This document shows positions 8,939-20,200 of a stretch of 64,000 nucleotides of DNA, in pieces (the first letter of the stretch is position 1; the number at the start of each line of letters is the position of its first letter). Where the stretch lies: NCBI GenBank assembly GCA_963801355.1, contig CAWDEM010000004.1:1-64000 (forward strand). Reading direction: 5' to 3'. This stretch comes from Ignavibacteriota bacterium (lineage in GTDB: Bacteria > Bacteroidota > Ignavibacteria > UBA10030 > UBA6906). A model generated the notes under the pieces. It had not been told where the DNA came from. It saw only the letters and a list, made by a program, of their open reading frames with translations, and did no database searches. Both the position numbers and the translations under genes were made by a program.

Positions 8939-11258
8939 TCCTTCCCTTTCCGGATGTGTAGTAGTTGTGGCGCGAATCATAGTGACCATACCGGTAACTC
9001 CCGTAGTAGCCGCCATAGGCCAATTTGGGATTGAATTTGTTGAGGACAAGACCTAGTATTCGTCCACCAACAGAGGCCAGAAGATCCACCGAACGCTCCA
9101 ACGCGTCAAACCTCGTCATGCCTGCGGTAACCGTCAGGATGGTCCCGTCTGCTATCGCTGCAAGGCTAGCGCCGTCATTGACAACAAGGACGGGAGGCGC
9201 ATCAATAAGAACCCAATCGTAGTTTGCCCGGACTTCCTTCAGAAATTCCGTCATGGTCTCCCCCCCGAAGACGTGAGAGGGAGCCTGCAGCGGAGTACCC
9301 GCCGCAAGGATGTCCAGATGCGGAACCACGTTTCGACAAACGGCCTCCTCGAAGCTCAAGTCCTTCAGGAGGACGTCTGACAAGCCTTGACCTGGTTCGA
9401 GTCCGAAAAGTGTGTGGACGAAGGGGCGGCGCAGGTCGGCATCAATGAGAAGAACGCGTTTCTGCGTCTCTGACAATGACAAGGCAAGATTGCTGATTGT
9501 CGTGCTTTTACCTTCTGAAGGGTTTGGGCTGGATATGACAATGACTTTCATCGGGTGGCTGAGATGCAGCCACAGCAGAGCGGAGCGCAGCCTTCGGTAC
9601 GACTCCGCCACAAATGAGAGTGGATTGAAAATCAACCACAAGCGTTTGTCAAACTGCCTCGCCATGTCGGGAAGAGACTTGTTCTTCTCCAACATTTTCA
9701 ACTCTTGATCCATCGTGGCTACTTCAACAAGCGGTACGTAGCCCCGCCGTTTGAGTTGCTCGGGAGAATGGATGCGGATATCCACCCTGTCCCTCAGGAC
9801 AACAAGACCGACACCTAGGGCCAGACCCACAGTCAAGCCAATCAGAAGATTGTTCACGAGATCGGGGCTGACTGGACGCGCCGGTGGTTCGGCTTCATCG
9901 AGCAGAATCACATTCCCAAATTCTGATTTCTCCGCGATCGCCGACTCGTTGTATTTCTCTTCAATGAGCGTGTACAGTTTCTCTGAGCTGACACGTTCCC
10001 GCTGAAGTCTCGCTAGAGCGAGGTTTTGCTGTGGCAGCGACTGGAATTGCCGTTCATATGAAGCGATAATACCGTTTAGCGTGGACTGCTGCGAACGAAG
10101 CCCATCCAACTGGATCCGGGTTTCAAGAAGCTGCTGATTGAGCGCGCGGAGATTTCCGACGGGGTCAGACTGATTTGATGACGGGGATCCGGAAATAAGT
10201 CCCTGAACAACCTCGCTCGTTCTGGCCTGAAGTTTTGTACGGAGAGACGATATCTGTTCGTTGATGTCATTGAGCCGTTTCCGGCTGATATCCTGCCCAA
10301 GAGTCGCTGGATCGTTTTGTGCAACTATCACATCGCGTTGCACTTCAAGACGAGCCAACTGCTCCTGCAGCAACTTGATGTACGAGTCATTGGCCTGCCC
10401 AACCGAACTCGCAATAGCCACACCGCGTTCCGGAAGTTCTTTTTGAATCGAGAGAATCTTTCTGTCCAAGCTTTCAATTTCGATGCTCAGCGCATTACGC
10501 TTTGCCTCCAGGGTCGCGACTTCTTGCACCACTCGGTCGGTTTCACCGCCTAGGGAGACCACCCCAGTCGCTTTCATATAGTCCTTCATGGAGCCTTCCG
10601 CCCTGCTCAGTTGTTCACGCTGTTCGCTGAGCCGCCCCTCCAGGAACTCCCGTACGGACCGAGATCTGGAACGGCTTTGCTCCATGATCTGTTCTTTGTA
10701 GACGCGTGCAAAGGTGTTGGCGAGAATTGCAGCTGCGCGCGGGTCGGTGTCGTATGCAGTAATCTTTATGATATCGGAATCTTTCTCTGGCAGAAAACGA
10801 ACGTTTTTCTGGGCTCTTTGGCTGATGATCTTCACGGTGGCGAGGGTTGTATCCTCGGGACTCTCGGGGGAACGAAGGATAATGGGGAGGACTTCCGTGC
10901 GAGTGGAGTTGGAGTAGCGGATTTGAATCAGTGACTCAGCAACCTTGCGCGCCAGCACCCGCGTTTTCAGAACGGCCAACTCATTGGCAAGTTTCTCATC
11001 CCCACGATCTGCCGCCTCCGAAAATGGGTTAGTGATCTGTCCTGCTTTCTGGTTGATGAGTACCGTCGCAACGGCTTCATAAGCTGGAAGAGTGTTGAGG
11101 GTTTTAACCAACATCGCCGCAATCAACAGGATTGTGACCGCACTGATGACCCAGCGTCCCCGAGTGAGCAAAGCCAAATACTCGCGAACTCGTGTTCCCG
11201 AATGATCTTCGGCGTCAATGAGAGAATCTTCGAGACTCATACTCCCCCTTTTGCTCAC
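8904..11258 (-). CDS. wzc: Polysaccharide co-polymerase / tyrosine autokinase (Wzc/GumC family)
   Basis: Two TM helices flanking a coiled coil; ESYRRLRS; Walker A SPNPSEGKST; LLIDADLRRP; IDAPP; C-terminal Tyr cluster YGGYYGSYRYGHY. Confidence 0.93.
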   Translation of the reverse strand: MSKRGSMSLEDSLIDAEDHSGTRVREYLALLTRGRWVISAVTILLIAAMLVKTLNTLPAYEAVATVLINQKAGQITNPFSEAADRGDEKLANELAVLKTRVLARKVAESLIQIRYSNSTRTEVLPIILRSPESPEDTTLATVKIISQRAQKNVRFLPEKDSDIIKITAYDTDPRAAAILANTFARVYKEQIMEQSRSRSRSVREFLEGRLSEQREQLSRAEGSMKDYMKATGVVSLGGETDRVVQEVATLEAKRNALSIEIESLDRKILSIQKELPERGVAIASSVGQANDSYIKLLQEQLARLEVQRDVIVAQNDPATLGQDISRKRLNDINEQISSLRTKLQARTSEVVQGLISGSPSSNQSDPVGNLRALNQQLLETRIQLDGLRSQQSTLNGIIASYERQFQSLPQQNLALARLQRERVSSEKLYTLIEEKYNESAIAEKSEFGNVILLDEAEPPARPVSPDLVNNLLIGLTVGLALGVGLVVLRDRVDIRIHSPEQLKRRGYVPLVEVATMDQELKMLEKNKSLPDMARQFDKRLWLIFNPLSFVAESYRRLRSALLWLHLSHPMKVIVISSPNPSEGKSTTISNLALSLSETQKRVLLIDADLRRPFVHTLFGLEPGQGLSDVLLKDLSFEEAVCRNVVPHLDILAAGTPLQAPSHVFGGETMTEFLKEVRANYDWVLIDAPPVLVVNDGASLAAIADGTILTVTAGMTRFDALERSVDLLASVGGRILGLVLNKFNPKLAYGGYYGSYRYGHYDSRHNYYTSGKGRNGKDAATQTAE

Positions 11259-11705
11259 AACATTTCTGTGATGCGGGATGACGAAAGGCGATCCCGACTT
11301 CTCATCATACGCATCCGGTCACCACCCTGTCTGAAGATAAATAACGCTGCCCGCCAACAGCTTTCGCCACCGTCTCAATCACATACGCTACATCCGCGTC
11401 AGAATAACACAACGTCTTTCCTCTTGCAGGTGAATAAAAGCTAACACAATAATGAGTAGCAGTCAACAGTTCCGTGAACTCTGCGAGGCTCTGACTTGAC
11501 TGCTTGCATCAGTGTATCTCACCTTTACTTCGAACAATCCTGAGAAAAGTCTTTTCCGCGAGCAGGATAGAGAACGCTCCGGACATACACGTGAAGGTGC
11601 GGTAGGCCTTAACGCCGGACCCGCAAATACTAGTCTGATGATCGTCGACGAATGCTCTCCTTTCGACTCACTTTTCAAAGAACTTGACTCCCAGCCGTTT
11701 CCACA

Positions 11706-12799
11706 CTACCTCACGACCATCATCTTTTGCACGTCCGTTTTCTGCTCCGTCACCAAGCGGTAGAAGTATATCGCCTGATGCAAGGCCTGCCGCATCGAAC
11801 TTCACCACATAGTATCGGCCTGCTTCCGCTGTTCCCTCAAACAGCGTTGTCACCTCTGCACCCAACAGGTTGTACACCTTCAGCACCGCTCTCCCTGTCA
11901 TCTCCACCGAGAACTTGAGCTGTGTACTCGGATTGAACGGATTCGGATAGTTCTGCAACAGCTGGAACATCTCGCGGCGCCACTTCCGCCACATCCGTCA
12001 CTGTCACTTGCACAATCACACTCTGCGTGTAGTGGATCGTCCCATCCATGTCCTGCTGCTTCAACCGGTAGCTGTACGTCCCCGCCTTCGCTATGCTCTT
12101 GTCCACATAGCTGTACGCCTGCGGCTCGACCGTCGTCCCCTTGCCTGCGATGAATGCATCCTTCAGGTCCGCAAAGCTTGCTTCATCCGTCCCCTGCCGC
12201 TGTACCGTGTACCCATAGTTGTTCACTTCGCTCGCCGTCTTCCACTCCAGCACCACGCCCCCCTTGCTCGCGTTGGCACTTCCCGTAAACGACGTCAACG
12301 TCACCGGCAGCGGGAGGTCCGTGCTCTCCTGGTAGAACAACAGTGAGTAATTCGTATAGTCTCCCGAGCCCGTTTCGAAGTACCAGTCGCCACTCCCGCC
12401 GGGGGGATTTTTCAGTGTAAATGTAGTCAATCCCGATCCCGTGACGCCCACCGTGAACAGCTCGTTTTCACTGTTCAGTGCCCAGGTAATGGTGGTATTC
12501 GGTGTCGACCCGAATTTCTGGTAGCTGTTCAATCCATCGGTCCCTATCCCTCCCTGCGTGGTGATGCCGTACGCAGAGCTTATGCTTCCCAGGCTGATTC
12601 CTGATGCTGTCGGCCAATACACCGTCACGATTACATTGGACCACAGTGTACTGGTGATCCCCAGATTGTACACCTTCGCCTTTACTGAAAGTGTATTGGA
12701 ACCGTTGGCGAAGATTCCGGCACTTACCCTCGGTTGGGCCCAAGAGAGCGCCACCCCCAGAACAATGAGTATCGTCAGCATCCACGCAATCTTTTTCAT
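11706..12799 (-). CDS. Secreted cohesin-like beta-sandwich + LPVTL Ig-like domain + T9SS CTD protein, copy A (apparent frameshifts near 11975 and 11770)
   Basis: Signal peptide MKKIAW...SWAQ; ~140 aa all-beta N-domain (SNVIVTVYWP, ELFTVGVTG); LPVTLTSF...LEWKTASE domain; NYPNPFNP tail in a shifted frame ending KMMVVR; AAAGGAG RBS. The cohesin call is inference. Confidence 0.65.
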
Positions 12800-12823
12800 T
12801 GAGTAGGCTCCTTTACTATGTAC

Positions 12824-15574
12824 TTAGTTCGGCACCTGCGTTAATTTTGTGGCCGTGATATCCGTACCACCGATATTCGTCAGAATGATCAACCGGTCAT
12901 TGTTCGCCCCCGAGTACTTGACCTGGCCGTTCAAGTTCACATCCTCAGTGTAGTAGCCGCTCACTGTTGCAGTGATGTCGGTCCCTCCTATACGGGTCAA
13001 GATCGGAAGCCGGTCATTCCCCCCACCACTATACTTGATCTGACCGTTTCCTGTCACATCTCCTGCATACATACCGTATATACCCGTTGTCACCTCCACC
13101 ATGGGAGCCACGCCGTAGGCCATGCCAGCAGCCCTGAAATCAGCCAATCCGTTAACCGGGGTCAACCCAAAGTGATTCGCACTCATTACTGCCAGATGAT
13201 TTCGATGTCTGAGCACAATGTAGTAGAGCCCCTCCTCAACCCCCACAAATGCCACAGGACTCAGACCATCAAGGTCGACAATGGATCCATCCCTCTTTAC
13301 GAAAGCAGCCCGTATCGCAATTGTGCTCGACGCCGCCGTGCCCGTACGCAGTTGCACCATTACCCAGTCGACAACGTCTACAGGGATGCTTGTCACCGAT
13401 TCCGTCCCGGAATAGTTCCATGGGGCAACGTTGTACGGTTGGCTCAATGGAATCAATCCCGCCGTGTTCAGTGCTGTCGACATCATCCCAGCAGAGTACG
13501 GACCCTGCAGCAAGACCCGCGCATTGCAGCTAACCGGACTGCTGCGGAATTCAGCACGAACGGCAATATCCATGGACGCCAAATTGCTGAAAGTTGTGCC
13601 ATTCGTTGAATAGTATGAATTTCCGGTGGCCGGAAGGGTAATGTCAACAGGAACTGTATATCCGCTTGACGCTCTCTGGAAGACAATTCTCACGTAAACG
13701 GGTACGTTTTGTGTTACATCAAGTGCAGGTGAGAAATTCAACTGTACGAAGCTAGTTATTCCCGGTGAAGCTCCCACGGCTGGACTACCCAATTGCCCTG
13801 ATAACGTATTTGAGGTAAAATTGGCAAACGCAGTTGCAGTAATGTTTGTATACCAACCCTCAAAACTGAACACCCTCAGGCCCACAAGCTTACCTGAAAA
13901 AGCAGGAGTACATCTAACCATCGCGTACCCAGTACTTGATCCTAGACCAGTGAACCAACCACTGAATGTTCTATAGAACTGCAGAGGATAGCCATAATAC
14001 GTCGGGAGAACAGCCGTGGCTGTCATAGTAGCTGCAGATGCGGAGATGCTGGTTATTTCAACACCGCTTGAATTCGTGTTCCAGAGCCTTGAGTTAGGTG
14101 TTGATGTTTGAGTCAAAGATGTATTACCTGTTGAACCAGGATAAGGATCTCCAGCATCGCCTCTGTTTGTATTTCCTGCCATTTGCTCCAAACCGTCAGC
14201 CTCATAAACCTTAACACCCAAATGCGTATTGGTTACATTTACTTCATTTGAAGCTGGCCAGATATCAGTCAGATTCTTGTCTACATGATAAATCAACAAG
14301 CCTGAGGCCGGCAAATTGAGATCAAATCCGGTCTGTTGTCTGTTCTCAACGAGCATATACTCATCGGACTTGTTGTTGTCCATCCAGATTTTGTAAGAAA
14401 ATGAATTTGTTTCAGCCCGAGGAATGCTCAATGCCTGACTTGACGCTACGACAGTTGGGTTCGTATATCCCAGAAGTTCTTTGCAGTAAGCAGACATGTG
14501 TGAAGGTCTTTCGGGAGTATATCCATTTCCGCCCCAACTTCCACCGGCCATCAAACACCAGTTACCTACACCTTGAGAACTACCATTTGAAGCGCCATCT
14601 GTATCGTAAAGATCAGGTAATCCGAGCATGTGTCCGTATTCGTGGCAAAACACTCCGATATCAACGTGGTTTGACCCGTACATTTCCGGCATGATAATAT
14701 ACGTGTTTATGGTTTTCCCGTCGTAGGCCCTCGAATACGACGGGTCCAGACCACCACTATGGGACCAAATATACTGTGTCTGGCTGCCTTCTTCGGCGCC
14801 TTTGCCGGAATGAACTATGAAAAGTCCGTCGACAGTACCGTCGAGATCGTTATCGTAAAGCGAGAAATCAACTCCGTTTGCTTCTGCTGCATCAACACAT
14901 TGACTTACAAGTTCCTGTACATGTGTCCAGAAATCTGCATTGCTATATGCATAATAGGACGATGGCTGTGCAGCGGTAATCCAATCCTTATAGTCCGCCT
15001 GTATCGAAACAGTGTTATATGATACGTCCTTATAGTACTTGCTCATGCCACCGATCCCGCCTTTCCAACTATCATTGTTTACCATATCTTGAAAACTCAC
15101 ACTCGTTTGAGTCGCAACGAGATCCGAATACTGCACACACAAAATGAGGACATGCATTGCCACATTTTGTGGTTGCTTCAATCCCTGAATACTTTTGTGA
15201 GGAGTGTTTTCATCAATATGCTTCTCCGCGCGGAAAGCCTGTTGCTTTTCGGCGATCACTTGTTGTGACTCTGTCAGATGCTTGGGGATACTCATCATCG
15301 TTTGATTCTGGGGCACTTTGCTGCCGCCCTGCACTTTGAACGCACTGGGAATGAACCTGCCTTCGGGACTTAGTGTCGCATAGTACCAGTACTCATCGCT
15401 CCCTCTGATTACGACGTAGCCGTCCAGGGTCTCAGCATAGTTGTAGCGTTCATCGCCAAAGCCCACCACGCTGAAGGTTGTTCCGTCAGGCTGTGAGACA
15501 ACCGTGGGCGTGTGCTTTGCCGGCATTGAGAAAACGGAAGCACCGACGAGCATCATGAGCAGCAGTTCTTTCAT
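12824..15574 (-). CDS. M6 family (immune inhibitor A-like) metalloprotease with C-terminal HRNHL/dockerin-like module
   Basis: QPDG...GDE propeptide; DFSLYDNDLDG; HEYGHMLGLPDLYD; WCLMAGGSW; EYMLVENRQ. C-terminus VLLQGPY...RHRNHL...GDVTGNG...EDVNLNG. No NYPNP tail. Confidence 0.9.
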   Translation of the reverse strand: MKELLLMMLVGASVFSMPAKHTPTVVSQPDGTTFSVVGFGDERYNYAETLDGYVVIRGSDEYWYYATLSPEGRFIPSAFKVQGGSKVPQNQTMMSIPKHLTESQQVIAEKQQAFRAEKHIDENTPHKSIQGLKQPQNVAMHVLILCVQYSDLVATQTSVSFQDMVNNDSWKGGIGGMSKYYKDVSYNTVSIQADYKDWITAAQPSSYYAYSNADFWTHVQELVSQCVDAAEANGVDFSLYDNDLDGTVDGLFIVHSGKGAEEGSQTQYIWSHSGGLDPSYSRAYDGKTINTYIIMPEMYGSNHVDIGVFCHEYGHMLGLPDLYDTDGASNGSSQGVGNWCLMAGGSWGGNGYTPERPSHMSAYCKELLGYTNPTVVASSQALSIPRAETNSFSYKIWMDNNKSDEYMLVENRQQTGFDLNLPASGLLIYHVDKNLTDIWPASNEVNVTNTHLGVKVYEADGLEQMAGNTNRGDAGDPYPGSTGNTSLTQTSTPNSRLWNTNSSGVEITSISASAATMTATAVLPTYYGYPLQFYRTFSGWFTGLGSSTGYAMVRCTPAFSGKLVGLRVFSFEGWYTNITATAFANFTSNTLSGQLGSPAVGASPGITSFVQLNFSPALDVTQNVPVYVRIVFQRASSGYTVPVDITLPATGNSYYSTNGTTFSNLASMDIAVRAEFRSSPVSCNARVLLQGPYSAGMMSTALNTAGLIPLSQPYNVAPWNYSGTESVTSIPVDVVDWVMVQLRTGTAASSTIAIRAAFVKRDGSIVDLDGLSPVAFVGVEEGLYYIVLRHRNHLAVMSANHFGLTPVNGLADFRAAGMAYGVAPMVEVTTGIYGMYAGDVTGNGQIKYSGGGNDRLPILTRIGGTDITATVSGYYTEDVNLNGQVKYSGANNDRLIILTNIGGTDITATKLTQVPN

Positions 15575-15654
15575 ACCAGTCTCCTTCTGATCTTGTGCAC
15601 TTCCGGGTCTGACGCGGGCACTGGTCCGCATTCCACCAAGGTAAGCTTGGCGGG

Positions 15655-15683
15655 AATATACCTGAGTGATCGCATGATGTCAA
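15655..15683 (-). promoter_or_regulatory. Sigma70-type promoter of the M6 protease/cohesin-like pair
   Basis: Minus strand TTGACA-17 nt-TATATT, about 80 bp upstream of the MKELLL start. Confidence 0.75.
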
Positions 15684-16082
15684 CAGGAGAAGGGCGGACA
15701 ATCTTGTACGGAAAATCTTGTACTGAAAACCTTGAAGGAAAACTGGAAATCGTCGTGTAGGAATATTCCTACATGGTACACGCGTCAGAAGAGGCGCGTT
15801 CACTCCTTTCTTGGACCAGTTCCAAGCCCCCTTCACTCCCTCAGAAGTCCCAAGATCACACCGTCCCCTGGCTCCAAACCAACAAGGCCCGGTGTGCATC
15901 CCGAGCCTGCTTCGTGCAAAGTCACGTGTGAACGATTGCGAATAATGAACCCAGACCAGCCTGGCATTCGTGGTTCTCGCCTCTCGCGAGACCACAGGCA
16001 ATCGAGTCAAGGTGTTCAATACTCAGAGAGGCGAAACCCTCCAGCCGCCATTCGGCAGTACTTGTTGATTTGTCTCTGCGCT

Positions 16083-17177
16083 TCACCGGACTAGCATCAT
16101 CTTCTGCACGTCGGTCTTCTGCTCCGTCACCAGGCGGTAGAAGTAGATCCCTGATGCAAGACCGGCGGCATCGAACGTCGCCACATAGTACCGGCCTGCT
16201 TCTGCAGTGCCCTCAAACAGCGTCGCCACCTCTGCACCCAAGCAGTGTTGTACACCTTCAGCACCGCTCTCCCTGTCGTCTCCACCGAGAACTTCAGCTG
16301 TGTACTCGGGTTGAAGGGATTCGGATAGTTCTGCATGAGCTGGAACACCTCTCGGTGCCACCTCCGCCACATCCGTCACCGTCACCTGCACGATCACACT
16401 CTGCGTGTAGTGGATCGTCCCGTCCAGTCCTGCTGCTTCAACCGGTAGCTGTACGTCCCTGCCTTCGCTATGCTCTTGTCCACATAGCTGTACGCCTGCG
16501 GCTCGACCGTCGTCCCCTTGCCTGCGATGAATGCATCCTTCAGGTCCGCAAAGCTTACTTCATCCGTCCGCCTTCCGCTGTACCGTGTACCCATAGTTGT
16601 TCACTTCGCTCGCCGTCTTCCACTCCAGCACCACGCCCCCCTTGCTTGCGTTGGCACTTCCCGTAAACGACGTCAACGTCACCGGCAGCGGGAGGTCTGT
16701 GCTCTCCTGGTAGAACAACAGTGAGTAATTCGTATAGTCTCCCGAGCCCGTTTCGAAGTACCAGTCGCCACTCCCGCCGGGGGGATTTTTCAGTGTAAAT
16801 GTAGTCAATCCCGATCCCGTGACGCCCACCGTGAACAGCTCGTTTTCACTGTTCAGTGCCCAGGTAATGGTGGTATTCGGTGTCGACCCGAATTTCTGGT
16901 AGCTGTTCAATCCATCGGTCCCTATCCCTCCCTGCGTGGTGATGCCGTACGCAGAGCTTATGCTTCCCAGGCTGATTCCTGATGCTGTCGGCCAATACAC
17001 CGTCACGATTACATTGGACCACAGTGTACTGGTGATCCCCAGATTGTACACCTTCGCCTTTACTGAAAGTGTATTGGAACCGTTGGCGAAGATTCCGGCA
17101 CTTACCCTCGGTTGGGCCCAAGAGAGCGCCACCCCCAAAACAATGAGTATCGTCAGCATCCACGCAATCTTTTTCAT
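16083..17177 (-). CDS. Secreted cohesin-like + Ig-like + T9SS CTD protein, copy B (several apparent frameshifts)
   Basis: First ~200 aa identical to copy A; pieces of the CTD (NYPNPFNP...YFYRL...KMMLVR) lie in shifted frames at 16083-16594. Confidence 0.65.
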
Positions 17178-17201
17178 TGAGTAGGCTCCTTTACTATGTA
17201 C

Positions 17202-20200
17202 TTAGTTCGGCACCTGCGTTAATTTTGTGGCCGTGATATCCGTACCACCGATATTCGTCAGAATGATCAACCGGTCATTGTTCGCCCCCGAGTACTTGAC
17301 CTGGCCGTTCAAGTTCACATCCTCAGTGTAGTAGCCGCTCACTGTTGCAGTGATGTCGGTCCCTCCTATACGGGTCAAGATCGGAAGCCGGTCATTCCCC
17401 CCACCACTATACTTGATCTGACCGTTTCCTGTCACATCTCCTGCCCAGAGGCCGTACACGCCGGTGGTGAGCTCCTTCGCGTCTCCACCATAGTACTTGT
17501 CTAAACCCGTCGTGAAATCGTACTGCGCACTGTTCACGTTGATCGCGACCGGGGCCGCACTCATCACCGCCAGATGATTGCGGTGACGCAGAACCACGTA
17601 ATAGTTACCAGTCGCCACCGATGGGAAGCTAACCGCGCTCGTCCCGTCAAGATCCACTACCGAACCATTGCTCTTAATGAACGCTGCGCGTGTGGCGACC
17701 TTCGTTCCTGATGCTGTGCCCGTACGCAGCTCCAACAGTACCCAGTCCACAACGCCGATCGGAATGCCCGCTACCGACTCCGTGCCGGAGTAGTTCCAGG
17801 GGGAGGGCGTGAACGGCTGCGTGACTGGAATGTAACCACCCGCCCGCAGAGCCGTTGACATCACACCACCCGAATAGGGGCCATCGAGGAAGGCCTTAAC
17901 CTCCACGGTTTGCGGAAGTGCTATACCGGTCCAGTGGAACTGTTGCTGGTAGCTGTTGTCAGACTCGCTGAATTCCTCCACCCCATTTTCCGCATCCACA
18001 ACGGTCTTTAGAATATGGTCGCCCGCAGGAACAACATAAGCAAAATCAGAAACGTAGGAATAGGTCTGTGCACCGAGCCCTGAGGAGTGATTAATGATGA
18101 GTATCGGTGAATCGTCAAGGTAAAGATACGTCGTGAAAGGTGTGGTGATATTGGAGGTTGTCAGGTTGGCGACTGCAACGTCAAGATACGTTGTCGCACC
18201 GCCCGTCAGGGCACCCACAGTTGTGGTTCCCGTAACGGATGAAGGCACGATTGGGGCATCCCACCCTTGTGGCGTGTACGTTGCTACCAGATTGAAGGGA
18301 TTGCTGGTGATCCCGTGCCGACTGAACGCGGCCGTGATCTGCGTGTAGTGTGGCGTGCCATTGGCCAGGTCCCCGTCGTCATCATCTGCAAGAAGAAGAT
18401 CCACATAAAGTTCTTGGTGTGAATCAGCATTGAGGAGCATGGCAGCCATGAACAGTTGGTCGGCAATCAGTGCATTCCCGATATTTGTTCGCATGTCCCA
18501 CAACGCACCGCTGGATGGTCCGGCATTGTGATGCAAATATCCCCAGTCATTCCAGGGCATGGCAGGATCCCACCAGGGGAGCACCCAATAGGTGTCACTG
18601 AGCCCTAGCCCATTGGAATAGTCGGAACTGCTGAGAATCTGTTGATTGTCGTACCTTCTGGGATTCGACCCCTGGTCCAGGTTTCTCCATGCGAGACCGA
18701 TGAGGGGATGATTGTTCATCGTTGCTGCCACGTAGTCGGAAAAACCTTCGCTCATCCCGCTCTCATCCGGCCCGCTATCGGCGACTCCATACGCCTTGTC
18801 CTGAATGCTGTGCCCGTACTCATGATAGAGCACATCGCTTTCCCGGGCCCATTCGACTGTCAGTCCGAACGTGTTCGATGGGAAATGGATCTCGTCTGAG
18901 TTGGGGAAATAGCAGGGCCCATTGTCGTCAACGCCGGAATCATTCGCATAGACCGTCATCTGAAAATCCATCCCTGTATACCCCAGTTGGTCGGATACAT
19001 AGGTGTGGATCCGGTCAGCATGATAATACAGACTTGTGATAATATCGCCGTTGACGGTAAGAGATCCATCCAGCGAACCTAATGGATTCGGGCCTAGACT
19101 GAGCAACCAAACCAGCACATTCTCTCCAGAAGATCCACCATTGCGATCCACGACCTTTGCCCACGTCCCTTCTGTGTTTGCCTCGACGTAATGGATGTCG
19201 GAGGTAGAGGCAAACGTCGAACTTGAAAATTGTCCGTTTGCATCGGTGGTTATCGGCCCCTCAATCCTTGTGGTACCCTTGCGTATGTACGTGTAGGCGT
19301 TGGGAAGCGGGCTGATGACGGGACTGCTGTCGTAGAACTGGGGATACTGTTGGCCGCTCATTGTTCCCGAAACATCAAATTGCGAATCGTACCAGTAGAA
19401 ACTTTGCGTGTACTCATTGTCTGTCTCATCCGATTCAACAATATCGTTTCTCGAATCCGCGAGGATCTTGAGAGTGTGCCACCCACTCGACAGAGTTTGC
19501 ACGTAGTCCTGAATAGACGCATAGTAGTTCGCCAGGAGTGAGTTACTGTACCACTCTGCCACGGGAGTGTCGTCAATGGAGAGCAGGTAAAAGAAGGTGC
19601 TCACAATATCCTGCGAGCTGTTGTTGGCAACCGCCCAGTCGATATACGTGCTCTGTCCGGCATAGAGACTGTTGCTCGTGTTGGTTCCTGCCACCGATGA
19701 GGCAACAATGGGAGCATCCCAACCGGTGGGTGTGTAGGGTGTCAGGTTCGGAAGGGAGCTTTCGGCAGTCAGAGAGATAGTGTCGAGGAACACGCCGTCG
19801 TATGGATCCCCGGAAACACTCCCGTCGCTGTCAAATCTGAACTGGATGTAGAGACCCGTCTGCCCCGCAAAAGCGTCCAGATTCAGTTCAATGTATTCCC
19901 AGGCGAGAGGATCGCTCATTCCGCTCTGTGAGTAAATCAGATGCCACGCCCCGCTCTGGTCACGCACATTCACAGTGAATTGATCGAAGCTCGCTTCGGT
20001 GTCGACAATCTTATAGAACGACAGTGTTGCGCTGGCGCAGCCCGCAAGACTAACTCCCCGTCGTTCCATGTATACCTTGAGATTGTCGGGATAATAGTAT
20101 TGGCCCCCTGATGGATCGGTATAGCAGTGCGCATAGCCGTACGCCCAGGCCCAGGAATAGGATCCGGAGCCCCCGTCGTGACCTATGCTCCATTCACCGG

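Larger units (their letters stand above)
11706..17444. repeat. Direct repeat of ~1.36 kb (11706-13066 and 16083-17444, offset ~4378) covering the dockerin-like tail plus the whole cohesin-like gene
   Basis: Near identity from the AGDVTGNG codons through the intergenic gap and cohesin-like domain; the CTD part is more divergent. Confidence 0.95.
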
